A stretch of DNA of 22,326 bases from Chiloscyllium plagiosum (GCF_004010195.1 NC_057720.1:12537139-12559464); one strand, 5' to 3'; positions 11,231 to 20,747 are shown, counted from the first letter of the stretch. Notes: generated by a model from the letters alone, not told the origin. A program made the numbers and translations.

Positions 11231-13423
11231 TTTAAATTTCATGTTACTCTTGCTTTGTTCGGTTTTAAGACCACGGTTTTCCAAACTATGTAAAATTCTA
11301 CCATATATGGATCACTTTTCCTACTGACACTTTAATGTGAGATTATTAATTAACTCCTTGTTGTCTTGGACTACAAGATCTTAAGATAAATCACTCCCTA
11401 CTTAGCCTTCGAGATCACTATGACAAGAAACTCGGGTTCAATGAACACTTGTTGATATTTATTTCTAAGGGACATGTCTTATACACTAGGATTGAGAAAG
11501 TCTATAGCCTTAAAACTTGTCTTTGTACATTTAGACTAAAATGTAATGCTGAATTATAGAACACATTTGCTGCACACTAAAAATCAGACAGGAAGGCTCA
11601 GAAAAAGGGGGAACTCAAGGTATGCAGAAGATAAAAACATCTGTGCTCACCAAGAGATAACAGGATGCTCTAAGGCAATTAAGAACATTTGCCTTAACAT
11701 CAGTGAATCTGTGTAAACAGGACACCAAGTGATAACATTCACAGCTGTTCCCTTGTGAAATTAATGAATGTATGATTCTGACCCCAAAACAAAACTCACT
11801 ACTATCAAAAGCCTTCTAATTGATGGTCAGATCCTGTCAATTATAATGGATTCTCATTGCCCCTTGCAAGCTCGGCAAACACAGAGGGAAAAACATTTTT
11901 GCTGTTACAAGTCCCTGACTTGAGAGTTCAAAAGGACACTAGAGAGAGAGACCATTTTAGTGCTGAGGCTGTTGAAGCCAGTAGAAAATTAACTCTTAGT
12001 TAACGCTATGGATTGAATTTAATTGCATTTTGGGACTTTATGATGATATTGAGCCATTACCGTTTATTAAATACAAACTCTGTAAAAAGGTAATATTGAT
12101 GAAGCTTTAACTTACTTGCTGTTCTTGTAGACCACTCTACAGACCTTACACACTGCCCCACTGTCAGTTCTAACTAATCAGATCTTATTTGAATTTGAAT
12201 CACAACCCTGAAAAGAAAGCATGTTTTATTCAAAGATTAATGAATCAGTTTCAATGTAACTTTACGGTAACACCTCAGCCTCAGGTACAGAATGATTCAG
12301 TGCTTAAAAAGCAGGAGTCTGCTCCTGGCTTAGAAATTATCCTAGGCCTAACATTGAAGAGATTCTGGCACAATATGTCAGGAAGCCATTTTATGGTCAA
12401 AAGTTTGCCCTCCTTGCTAAGAAGCCATTTTGTAAAACAATTGTATCAGACATGTGAGCTGTGCAAGGTGACCTGATGAACTCTCCAATTAGCTCAGACT
12501 GGTATCTCTTATGGTCGGAGTTTATCTCACTAGCAGGCGCCTAACTCAGCTGGGTATGTTTTTCCAACCTGATGAATGGCTTAGGGCCTGTAGGAGTGAT
12601 TAGTCAAGTGTACACAGACCTGTCAATTAACTTTTCTTTCATACGAATTATTGTCTTTCACTGTTATTTGTCTAATTAAGAACATGCAATGTTTTTGTAA
12701 ACTTATATATAAAGGAAACCACTTTGTATCAGTACATCGGAGTAGCCTGCTGGGGCATTTGAAGAGCTGGTACCCTACTCTCCTAGGTTTTAGGACCTAG
12801 TTAGTTTAGCTTATAGGTATCACTTCTGTTGTAACAGTGATGCTATTGGTAAATTAAGGTGATGACTAAAATTAAACTAATCTTTTCTGTAAGAGGTTTT
12901 TTTATTCCTGACTTCCAAAGAGTACGATCTCCGGGATGAACCAAGAGAGGCTTAGCGGTCTGGCTCTATAAGGGATTGCCTGGGCCATCTCAAATCTTTA
13001 CAGGATGATTTGTCAGAGGCAATAGATGAGCCAGGAGTAGTGACTTGTCACTTGTATTGAGGGAGGAGGACCATGACCACAATTTGAGTTGACTCAATTA
13101 TCTTTGATCTTGGTGACACAAGCGTTGCTATTTTTATTTCCTTTTGGAAACAATCCAAATTTTTAACAGCCCAGATGCCAAAATTGAAATGACATTGACC
13201 ACAGCTAATTTTAGTATTCAGAGTTTTGCAATTTTGTCTAGATTCTGTCATTTGCCATCTTGCTTTTTCTTGTAAACAGAAGTAGTGAGTCAAACAAAAA
13301 GGTATACTCCTCGTTAGAACGGTAAATATAGCTAAAATTGAAGATCCCCATCTCTCAGGTTTAACAAAAGCTAGATTTAGATTCATACAGAGCTTTAAAA
13401 AGTGCCTTGAGGTATCCCAAAAG

Positions 13424-13504
13424 AACACAGAAAATGCTTGAGAAATTCAGCAGGTCTGGTGGCAGCAATTTAACATCTTGATGTGTCTTAGTCTTCTTCA
13501 GAGG
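13424..13504 (-). mobile_element. Decayed Penelope-like terminal remnant
   Basis: Reverse complement starts CTGAAGA (13501-13495) and includes ccagacctgctgaatttctcaagcattttctgtgtt. Confidence 0.55.
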
Positions 13505-13519
13505 ATAGAATTCCTCAAC

Positions 13520-13710
13520 ATGCTTTGCAATTGATTAAGTACTTTTTAAATGCAGTTACTGTAACAATGTCAAAAACGTTGCAGCCAAATTGCACACGGC
13601 AGGTTCCCATATACAGCAACGTGATAGTGATCGGATACTTTTGTATCGATTGTGGGATAAATTGGCCAGGGTGCTGAAGCAAATTCTCCTGTTCTTCAAA
13701 ATAGTATTCT
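13520..13710 (-). mobile_element. DeuSINE (SacSINE1/AmnSINE1-like) fragment
   Basis: Antisense homologue of 16445-16620 (gcagccaaattgcacac, ttggccagg, ttcttcaaaatagt). Confidence 0.7.
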
Positions 13711-13829
13711 TTTCCAAGAGTATCAAAGCCATCAGTATACATCTTATTTGTGAAAAGGCATCTCAAGTCAACTTGGTTCACATTTCCTGGACATGAGAGG
13801 AATGCAAGGTGATGCAATTTCTGCAACCG

Positions 13830-14077
13830 TTTGACAGAGCAGATGCTGTGAAAATGTTTGAATGGATGTGGAGTCTGCGGTCACAGTTCTGCATAAGGAT
13901 TGAAGGGGGGTGGATTATTTTAAATGGAGATGAAGAGTCTTTTTGGTCCCAGTCTTTAAGAAGGAGTTAGAGTTATGGGGATCAAAGGGTGTGCGGTGAA
14001 AGTTGAAACTGGGTGCAGTGTTGGATGATAGCTAAGATCATATTAAATGGCAGAATAGGTTCTCAATGGCCTACTCG
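13830..14077 (+). mobile_element. Old CR1-type LINE 3' end
   Basis: gggatcaaaggg...gatcatattaaatggcagaataggttctcaatggcctactc resembles a vertebrate CR1 3' terminus. Confidence 0.6.
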
Positions 14078-14276
14078 TAGAATAGAATTCTTATAGTGCG
14101 GAAACAGGCTACTTAGTCCATCAAGTCTGCACCAAGCTTCTGAAGAAATTCTAACCCCAAACCTATCCCCATAGTTTCCCCCATTTGCCAAGGCTAACCC
14201 GTCTGGACTGTATATTCCTGGTTGAAACTTTATTGCTGGAACAGCACAGCAGGTCAGGCAGCATCCAGGGAACAGG

Positions 14277-14316
14277 AGATTCGACGTTTCGGGCATAGGC
14301 CCTTCCTCAGGATTCC
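14277..14316 (-). ncRNA. Mirror-image minimal hammerhead motif on the minus strand
   Basis: Reverse complement: GGAAUC-CUGAGGA-A-GGGC-CUAU-GCCC-GAA-ACGU-C-GAAUCU; core intact, one A-A mismatch in stem I. Confidence 0.7.
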
Positions 14317-14319
14317 TGA

Positions 14320-14359
14320 GGATTCCTGAGGAAGGGCCTGTGCCCGAAACGTCGAATCT
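14320..14359 (+). ncRNA. Minimal type I hammerhead ribozyme motif
   Basis: Stem I GGAUUC/GAAUCU, core CUGAGGA (14326-14332) plus an extra A, stem II GGGC-CUGU-GCCC, GAA, palindromic stem III ACGU, GUC cleavage triplet ending at 14353. Confidence 0.85.
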
Positions 14360-14680
14360 CCTGTTCCCTGGATGCTGCCTGACCTGCTGTGCTGTTCCAG
14401 CAATAAAGTTTCAACTTTGATCTCCAGCATCTGCAGACCTCACTTTCTCCTCCTGTATATTCCTGGCCACCACTGACAATGTAGTGCAGCCAATCCACAT
14501 AACCTGTGTATTTTTGGACTGTGGGAGAAAACAGAGATTTTGGCAGAAACCCAGAAAGACACAGGGAGAACGTACAAACGCCATGCAGACAATCACCTGA
14601 GACTGGAATTAAACCCAGGTCCCTGGCAGTATGAGACAGCAGTGCTAACAATTAGCCACTTTTGCAGGCCATCGAGTATC

Positions 14681-14985
14681 GATTCGATTCGATTCCCTAC
14701 AGTGTGGAAACAGGCCCTTCGGCCCAACAAGTCCACACCAACCTGCTGAAGAGTAACCCCAGACCCATTTCCCTTTAATTAATGCACCTAACACTATAGG
14801 CAATTTAGAATGGCCAATTCACCTGACCAGCACAACTTTGGACTGTGAGGAAACCAGAGCACCTGGAGGAAACCCACGCAGACACAGGGAGCATATGCAA
14901 ACTCCAAACACAGTCACCTGAAGCTGGAATCGAACCTGGGTCCCTGGCACTGTGAGGCAGCAGCGCTAGTCACTGAGCCACCATG
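14681..14985 (-). mobile_element. HE1-type elasmobranch tRNA-derived V-SINE, full length
   Basis: Reverse complement: tggtggctcagtgactagc (A box), ggttcgattcc (B box), central domain, CR1-derived tail ttgttgggccgaagggcctgtttccacactgtagggaatc and (GAATC)n terminal repeat. Confidence 0.9.
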
Positions 14986-15130
14986 AGTTGCTCTCTTGTT
15001 AGATGATGGGTGGTAAGACTAACTTGAGGCTCACCATGCCTTGGATAAGGGGAGAGATTCAGAAGGAGACTCCATCATTGTAATGTCAGCCAGTCCAGGA
15101 ATTGAATCTTTGCTCTTGGAGCCAGTCTAA
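14986..15130 (-). mobile_element. Decayed tRNA-derived SINE fragment, family unassigned
   Basis: Antisense B-box-like gattcaattcc near 15098-15108 followed by a SINE-like body; recognised from memory of shark repeats only. Confidence 0.4.
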
Positions 15131-15403
15131 TGTGATAGTTAATACTGCAATCTATGGTCTGTCATTCAGTGTACTCACGTTCTTCTGACCAATATTCTCC
15201 TGTCCCATTCTGTTACTGACACTCCTGTTGCATAGACATCATTTATGATCTGCAACAATAACCTCTCTTCCCTCAGGCTCCTGTCCTGTCCCAATGAAGC
15301 TCAGCAGAAGCTGGACAAATAGAAACATATAGGATTCTTAAGGAGCTTGACAGTGGAAATGTTATTGAGATGGTGTCAAAACAGGACAGAAAGCAAGGTT
15401 TTA

Positions 15404-16085
15404 CAGATCCTCGGGTAAGTGCCCTCGAAGGCGGACTTTGAGATACACATGAATTGCTGAGCAGAAACTGATAGCCATATTCTGTAATCATGAAGACAGC
15501 CTTTACTCTGATCTTGGGGTTATGTCATGCTACATGTGAGTCCACCACACTTCCATATCTGTAAAATCTTCTTTGCTGTCCTGTTTGACAGCATCACCTT
15601 TACAAATTATTGTGATCTCTCTACCTTAATTAGTTTTTACAGGTTTGGGTTACTTATTACTTTGGTTAGACCCTCAGCATGCTACTTTATACCTGTCAGG
15701 TTATTCCAGTCATTTAGTTTGTCTTCAGCACCATCTTATTTTTAATTTTTTGTAATTATATCTGTGCCTCATGTAATCAGATTATAGGTCATCCCTTCTC
15801 TTGTTCAGCTGATGACACTTTACTTGTGCCATCTAACATGCTTGGTCACCAGCAGAGACTCATTATTCAACACTCCACCCACACCAGTTGTATGATGTTT
15901 TGATCTCGCTGCCCTTGATCTCTGTGCCTATAAATTCTGTGACTGAGTGAGCTTCTCTTCATTTCACCTGACGAAGGAGCATCGCTCTGAAAGCTTGTGA
16001 TTTCAAATAAACCTGTTGGACTATGACCTCGGGGTCACATGACTTCTGACTGTCCACCCCAGACCAACACCAGCATCACCACATT
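15404..16085 (+). mobile_element. Penelope-like element 3' part: decayed GIY-YIG endonuclease C-terminus, 3' UTR, hammerhead and terminus
   Basis: 15406-15539 translates, with a stop and a frameshift, to DPRVSALEGGL*DTH / IAEQKLIAIFCNHEDSLYSDLGVMSCYM*. The 3' end (aaataaacctgttggactat...ccaacaccagca) is homologous to 18320-18406. Confidence 0.8.
15964..16000 (+). ncRNA. Minimal type I hammerhead ribozyme motif (second PLE family)
   Basis: Stem I UCAC/GUGA, core CUGACGA (15968-15974) plus A, stem II GGAGC-AUC-GCUCU, GAA, palindromic stem III AGCU, CUU triplet ending at 15996. Confidence 0.72.
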
Positions 16086-16239
16086 TTGGTCAGGTTTGGC
16101 AGTCATGCAACTCAATAAGTTGAATAACTCAAGAAGTTTAAAGTTATCAGTTCATCACCACTGCTCTTTTTTTCCAGGCAGTTGGCATGGGTAATAATTC
16201 TGCTGTTGACTCACACAGCCTATCTTTGATTTGTTTTAT

Positions 16240-16675
16240 GTTGGTCAGTGTGGTAGCGTGTTCACGTCTTAGTCAAAAGTTTGTGGGTTCAAGACGCATG
16301 TCAGAGGCGTGGGCACAAAGATATAAATTAATACTTAACCACAAGACGTGAGTGAGTGCTGAACTGACGGTGTAGTAACGGCTGCCCTTCACATTGCGAT
16401 TAAGCCCTGTCTACCCTCTGAGTGGGTCTAATTCATCCCAAGTCACTATTTTGAAGAAGAACAGAGGAACTTTCCTTGGTATTTTGGCCAAATTTATCTC
16501 TCAACATCAAAAGATCAGACTATATGATCATCATCACAGAGCTGCTTGTGGGAGTTGTGTGCAAATTGGCCAACCCATTTCCTCGATTCCAACATTGATG
16601 TCTTCAAATGGAACTCTATTAGCTATAAGTGAAACTGGGACAGCTTGAAGTTGTGAAAGGTGCCTATGGATGCCA
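16240..16675 (+). mobile_element. DeuSINE (SacSINE1/AmnSINE1-related), near full length, decayed
   Basis: tRNA-like head (ggtcagtgtggtag; gggttcaagac), Deu-domain-like cactattttgaagaaga...ttggccaaatttatc...gtgtgcaaattggc, and tail gttgtgaaaggtgc. Confidence 0.75.
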
Positions 16676-16687
16676 AAACACAGAGAA

Positions 16688-17072
16688 TTTGCACTTATTC
16701 AGCACCTTTAACGTAATAAAATACCCCAGGGCATCTCCCAAAATTGTTCCAATCAAGCCATGATGGCAAGATACATGAGGGGATATTAGATCAGATGACA
16801 CAAAGCTTGATCAAGGAAGAGGTTTTTACGAAGTGTCACAAAGAAGGAAAATGGGGTAGAGGTCCTGAAGGATGTGAGAAGGGATTTCCAAAGGTTAAAC
16901 GCTAAGCAATTGGAGTCACCATTGGTGCAGCAATTAGTATTTAGAATACGCAAGAGGTCAGAATGCAGATATCTTGGAAGGTTGTAACGTTGGTGACTGC
17001 AGGTTTGGGGTGAGGTGGGGGTCAAAACGAATGGAGAGTTTTGAAAAACCACAATGAGAATTTTAGAATCAA
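16688..17072 (-). mobile_element. L2-like LINE 3' fragment, decayed
   Basis: Begins ttgcacttattcagcacctttaac (antisense L2-type terminus); minus-strand translation AFNLWKSLLTSFR resembles an L2 ORF2 C-terminus. Confidence 0.55.
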
Positions 17073-17074
17073 AA

Positions 17075-17202
17075 TGGAGAATCCAGAACTAGAGGGCATA
17101 GATTTAGGTTGAGAGGAGAAAAATTTATAAAGGACCTAAGGAGTGACTTTTTCACGCAAAGGATGGTGCGTGTATGGAATGAACTGCCAGAGGAAATGAT
17201 GG
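17075..17202 (+). mobile_element. CR1 ORF2 C-terminal fragment
   Basis: Encodes SRTRGHRFRLRGEKFIKDLRSDFFTQRMVRVWNELPEEMM. Confidence 0.85.
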
Positions 17203-17384
17203 CACAAATATGCTGTTTATTTTCTGTTTGTCTTTCTACTCCCACAGCTGCTGCTGATTCGCTAGGAGCCTGGATTCAGACATTCAGAAGGTGACAGAAC
17301 AGTGAAGAGCAACAAAGTCAAGTCAAGTCAAACGCTGCTCTCACCTGACATTCACACATTGCAGCAGGAGCAGGAACTCTGCTC

Positions 17385-17525
17385 TGATCTGAAGAAAGGT
17401 CTGTAGAAGAAGGACCTGAAACATCAACTCTGCTTTCTCTCCGCAGATGCTGCCAGACCTACTGAGTTTGTCTAGCAATTTCTGGTTTTGTTTCTGATTT
17501 CCAGCATCCACAATCCTTTGGTTTA
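17385..17525 (+). mobile_element. Penelope-like terminal remnant with partly intact hammerhead
   Basis: CTGAAGA 17389-17395, stem II AGGTC/GACCT with 11-nt loop, GAA-ACAT-C, then aactctgctttctctccgcagatgctgccagacct. Stem I and the stem III palindrome are broken. Confidence 0.75.
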
Positions 17526-17560
17526 CTTGAGGAGATTATTTATCTCTCAAGCCCAAGGAG

Positions 17561-18406
17561 AAAGTTATAAATTATACAACACCAGGTTTATTTGGAAGTA
17601 CAAACTTTAGGAGCGCTGTCCTTTTGTCAGGTAACTAGTGGGGCAGGATCATAGGACACAGAATTTATTGTAAAAGATCAAAGTATCATACAACTGATGC
17701 AATGTATTGAACAGATCTAGATTGCTGTTACATTTTCAATTATTTAGAATGGGATTGCAAGTTTTGATTGATAAATATGTAAATCCCAAAACTTCACAGT
17801 CATCGTTCTGGTATCGTTTACCGTTTTATTTAAAAAAAGGTGACTTCTCAGCTCAGACAGTGCATTATAGGTGTGATTTTAAAGTCTGTATGTATCTGCA
17901 GATTTGCATTTGCAGCTACTCTCTATTTTGTTCAAAAAGCTCACAATCTGTCGGCACTCAGTCCATGTGACATTTTATAAGTTCCTACTTTGGAAATAGA
18001 CCCAGTCTGACTCAAAGTTGGGAACCAGACAGACTCTGACCTCACACTTTTAATGCATTGTCTGAGCTGAGATGTCACTTTTTTTATAAAACCTTTTAAG
18101 TTATCTCGAAACTGTGACTTGAAAGAAGTTCTGGGATTTTACATACTAATTAATCGAAACCTGCACTCATCCTAAGTTATTAAAGACCCAACAGCAATCT
18201 AGGCTTGTTCAATACATCGCATCAGTTGTGGGACACTATGATCTTTTATTATAAATTCTGTGTCCTATGATCTTGCCCCACTAGCTACCTGATGAAGAAG
18301 TGCTCCGAAAGCTAGTGCTTCCAAATAAACTTGTTGGATTACAACCTGGTGTTGTGTGATTTTTAACTCTGTCCACCTCGGTCCAACACCAGCACTTTCA
18401 CATCAT
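17561..18406 (+). mobile_element. 846-bp Penelope-like fold-back insertion with long inverted arms
   Basis: Diverged inverted arms ~17561-17896 / ~18022-18368; perfect TSD agcccaaggag at 17550-17560 and 18407-18417; degenerate hammerhead CTGATGA...GAAAGCTA at 18289-18314. Confidence 0.88.
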
Positions 18407-18451
18407 AGCCCAAGGAGGACAAGGTTTTAGACATCCTTAATCTGTGCTGCT

Positions 18452-18549
18452 GGTAGAGGTGGTGGATGCGATAGGGGTGGGGTGGTGGTGGTGGAGGAGG
18501 TGTTGGTGATGGAGGAGGTGATGGAGGTGGTGTTGGTGATGGAGGAGGA
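18452..18549. repeat. Imperfect (GGT/GGA)n trinucleotide repeat
   Basis: Read directly; includes a duplicated ggtgttggtgatggaggagg unit. Confidence 0.85.
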
Positions 18550-18650
18550 ACTCTGATTTCTCTCCACAGATTCTGCCAGATCTGCTGAGCTTTTCCAGCA
18601 ATTTCTATTTTTATCCCTGATTTACACATCCACAATTCTTTTGTTTTTTA
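18549..18650 (+). mobile_element. Penelope-like terminal remnant without hammerhead core
   Basis: aactctgatttctctccacagattctgccagatctgctgagcttttccagcaatttct, homologous to 17426-17520. Confidence 0.7.
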
Positions 18651-18914
18651 TTCAAATATACAGCATCTATTTCTTCCAGGGGAATTATCAGTCTTTAGTC
18701 CTATTAGTTATCCTATGACTTTTTTCTCTACTCCTTGATCATTTAGGAATTTTGTCTATTTATGTCTTCTATTGTGAAGACTGTCACAAAGTGGTGATTC
18801 AACTTTGTTACCATTTTCTACTTCTTCAATATTATCCCGCCAGCCTTCCTCTCTAAGGGGCCTACGTTCACTTTGGCTTCTCATTTCCTTTTTTATATAT
18901 TTAAAGATGCTCTT

Positions 18915-19243
18915 AGAGTCATAGAGTCATAGAGATATACAGCATGGAAACATACCCTTCCGTCCAACTTGTCCATGCCGACCAGGTATCTTAAACTAAT
19001 CTATCCCCATTTGCCAACACTTGGCCCATAACCCTCTGAACCCTTCTTATTCATACACCCATCCAGATGCCTTTTAAATGTTGGAATTATACCAGCCTCC
19101 ACCACTTCCTCTGGCAGCTTATTCCATACACCAGCTTCTGAGTGAAAAGGTTGCCCCTTTAGTCACTTTTAAATTTTTCCCCTCTCCCCCTAAACCTATG
19201 CCCTCTAGTTCTGGACTTCCCCCACCCCAGGGCAAAGACCTTG
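18915..19243 (-). mobile_element. CR1 LINE 3' end with (ATGACTCT)n tail, inserted into older decayed CR1-like sequence
   Basis: Antisense SRTRGHRFRG.GEKFK ORF2 C-terminus, 3' UTR and agagtcat tail repeats. Confidence 0.85.
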
Positions 19244-19452
19244 CTTTCTATATTGACATTACTTGTGGCTTATCTTCAAATTTTATTTTCTTACTCTTTA
19301 TTATGTTGCTGGTCGACTTGGTTTCATTCTTAAAACTTCTCCAATTTTATCAAACGTCTTCGTATGTCTTGTATGTTTTTTAATTTCAATTTGATGATGT
19401 CTTTAACTTCCCTTATGAACTGTGATTGGCTTATGCCCTTTATAGAATCCTT

Positions 19453-19503
19453 GATTAGATTAGATTCCCTACAGTGTGGAAACAGGCCCTTCGGCCCAAC
19501 AAG
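19453..19503 (-). mobile_element. HE1 SINE 3' tail fragment
   Basis: gattagattagattccctacagtgtggaaacaggcccttcggcccaacaag is essentially identical to 14681-14731. Confidence 0.85.
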
Positions 19504-20747
19504 CTGGGTAATCCAAGATGGAGGACAGGAAAAAATTCTGGCTGTAAGAGCTGCTCCTTTTTTTTTGAGATATTTTAGGTGTTGGAGGTGATTTCCTCGA
19601 ATTCCAGGAGCAGCAATTACTGTTTTATATGCTGTTGCATTGTTTTGGAACTTTGGGAAAAAAAAGTCAAAACAACAGCAGTTTTAAAAGGGAGAAGAAC
19701 AGGCAAAGGAAGCACATGGTGAGGACAGTGTAGGAGAGAGAGAACCTGCACAGTTACTGCCCTTTGCTGTTTTTGAATTCATGTATTGCTGGACATAGGA
19801 GTGCGTCTAGTAAAATTAACAAACAGTGAATTTCACAACTAATCTTGGAGGAACCTGTTTGGGTGATGTTCACAACACAAAATCAGATATGTTAATCGTT
19901 GTTTCGGCTGGGTACAGTGGGTTCTTTCTTGATTATATGTTTTTGGAGGTAAGTTTCTTGATTAAACTTAAAACATAAGCCATAGCTATTAATTTAACCT
20001 GGGGCAGTGTTTTGTAGAGGAATAAGACGGTGTTATTTTCTGGGTCTGTAGATTGTGAAGGAGCAAAAATAGCCTTTGCAGTGATATGTACTTCTTGTCA
20101 GATGTGGGAGTTTAAGGGTTACTGCGGATTATATCTGCCATAAATGCTGTTGGGTGCGAATCTTATCAGATCGAATGGATCGGTTGGAGAGACAGTTAGA
20201 AGTGATGAGGAATTTGCAACAGCAACAGTATGTGATGGATGGCAGTTATAGGAAGGGGGGAAAGTCTCAGATACAGTCACAGAGATGGGTTAACTCCAGG
20301 TAGGATAAGAGAGGTAGGCAACGAGAGCAGGAGTCTTTTGTGGATATACCCATTTCAGACAGGTATGCTGTTTTGGAAACTGTAGGGGATGATGGATTCT
20401 CAGGGGAACGTAGCACGAACAGCCAAGTTTCTGATATTGAGACTGGCTCTAATGCAACGAGGGGTACGTCAGCTTCCAAGAGATCAATTGTGTTAGGGGA
20501 TTCTGTAGTCCGAGGTACAGACAAACGTTTCTGTGGCCAGCAGAGAAAAAGCAGAAGGGTGTGTTGTTTCCCTGGTGCCAGGATTGAGGATGTCTCAGAG
20601 AGGATGTGGAATGTTCTCACGGGGTAGAGGGGCCAGCAAGAGGTCATTGTCCACATTGTACCAATGATATAGGAAGGTTGAGATTCTGAAGGGAGATTAC
20701 AGAGAGTTAGGCAGAAATTTAAAAAGGAGGTCCTCAAGAGTAAATAA
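19504..20747 (+). mobile_element. Decayed CR1 LINE 5' part (5' UTR and pseudogenised ORF1), same family as 7740-10904
   Basis: 5' UTR homologous to the reverse complement of 10283-10904; start codon reads ATA (20069-20071); esterase motifs IVLGDSVVRG and CCFPGARIEDV; frameshifts; truncated by a PLE fragment. Confidence 0.9.

Larger units (their letters stand above)
14222..14452 (+). mobile_element. Young Penelope-like fold-back insertion (inverted pseudo-LTR remnant)
   Basis: 92-nt inverted arms 14221-14312 / 14324-14415 with one T-G mismatch (14296/14340); PLE-type tail tctccagcatctgcagacctcactttctcc; perfect TSD ctgtatattcctgg at 14208-14221 and 14453-14466. Confidence 0.9.
14078..14660 (-). 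mobile_element. HE1-like tRNA-derived V-SINE (older copy), interrupted by the PLE insertion at 14222-14452
   Basis: Antisense tRNA head (agtggctaattgttagcactgctg...gggacctgggtttaattcc), central domain and CR1-type tail, homologous to 14681-14985. Confidence 0.8.

Noticed and set aside
14221..14415. Palindrome as a miRNA precursor or DNA-transposon MITE
   Set aside because: It has an asymmetric PLE tail, hammerhead cores and a long TSD, and the inverted repeats do not reach the right end; a PLE fold-back explains it better.
14900..14985. tRNA gene
   Set aside because: A and B boxes belong to the HE1 SINE head; no complete cloverleaf is evident.
18363..18635. Proline-rich minus-strand ORF
   Set aside because: Translation of a GGT/GGA microsatellite flanked by PLE remnants.
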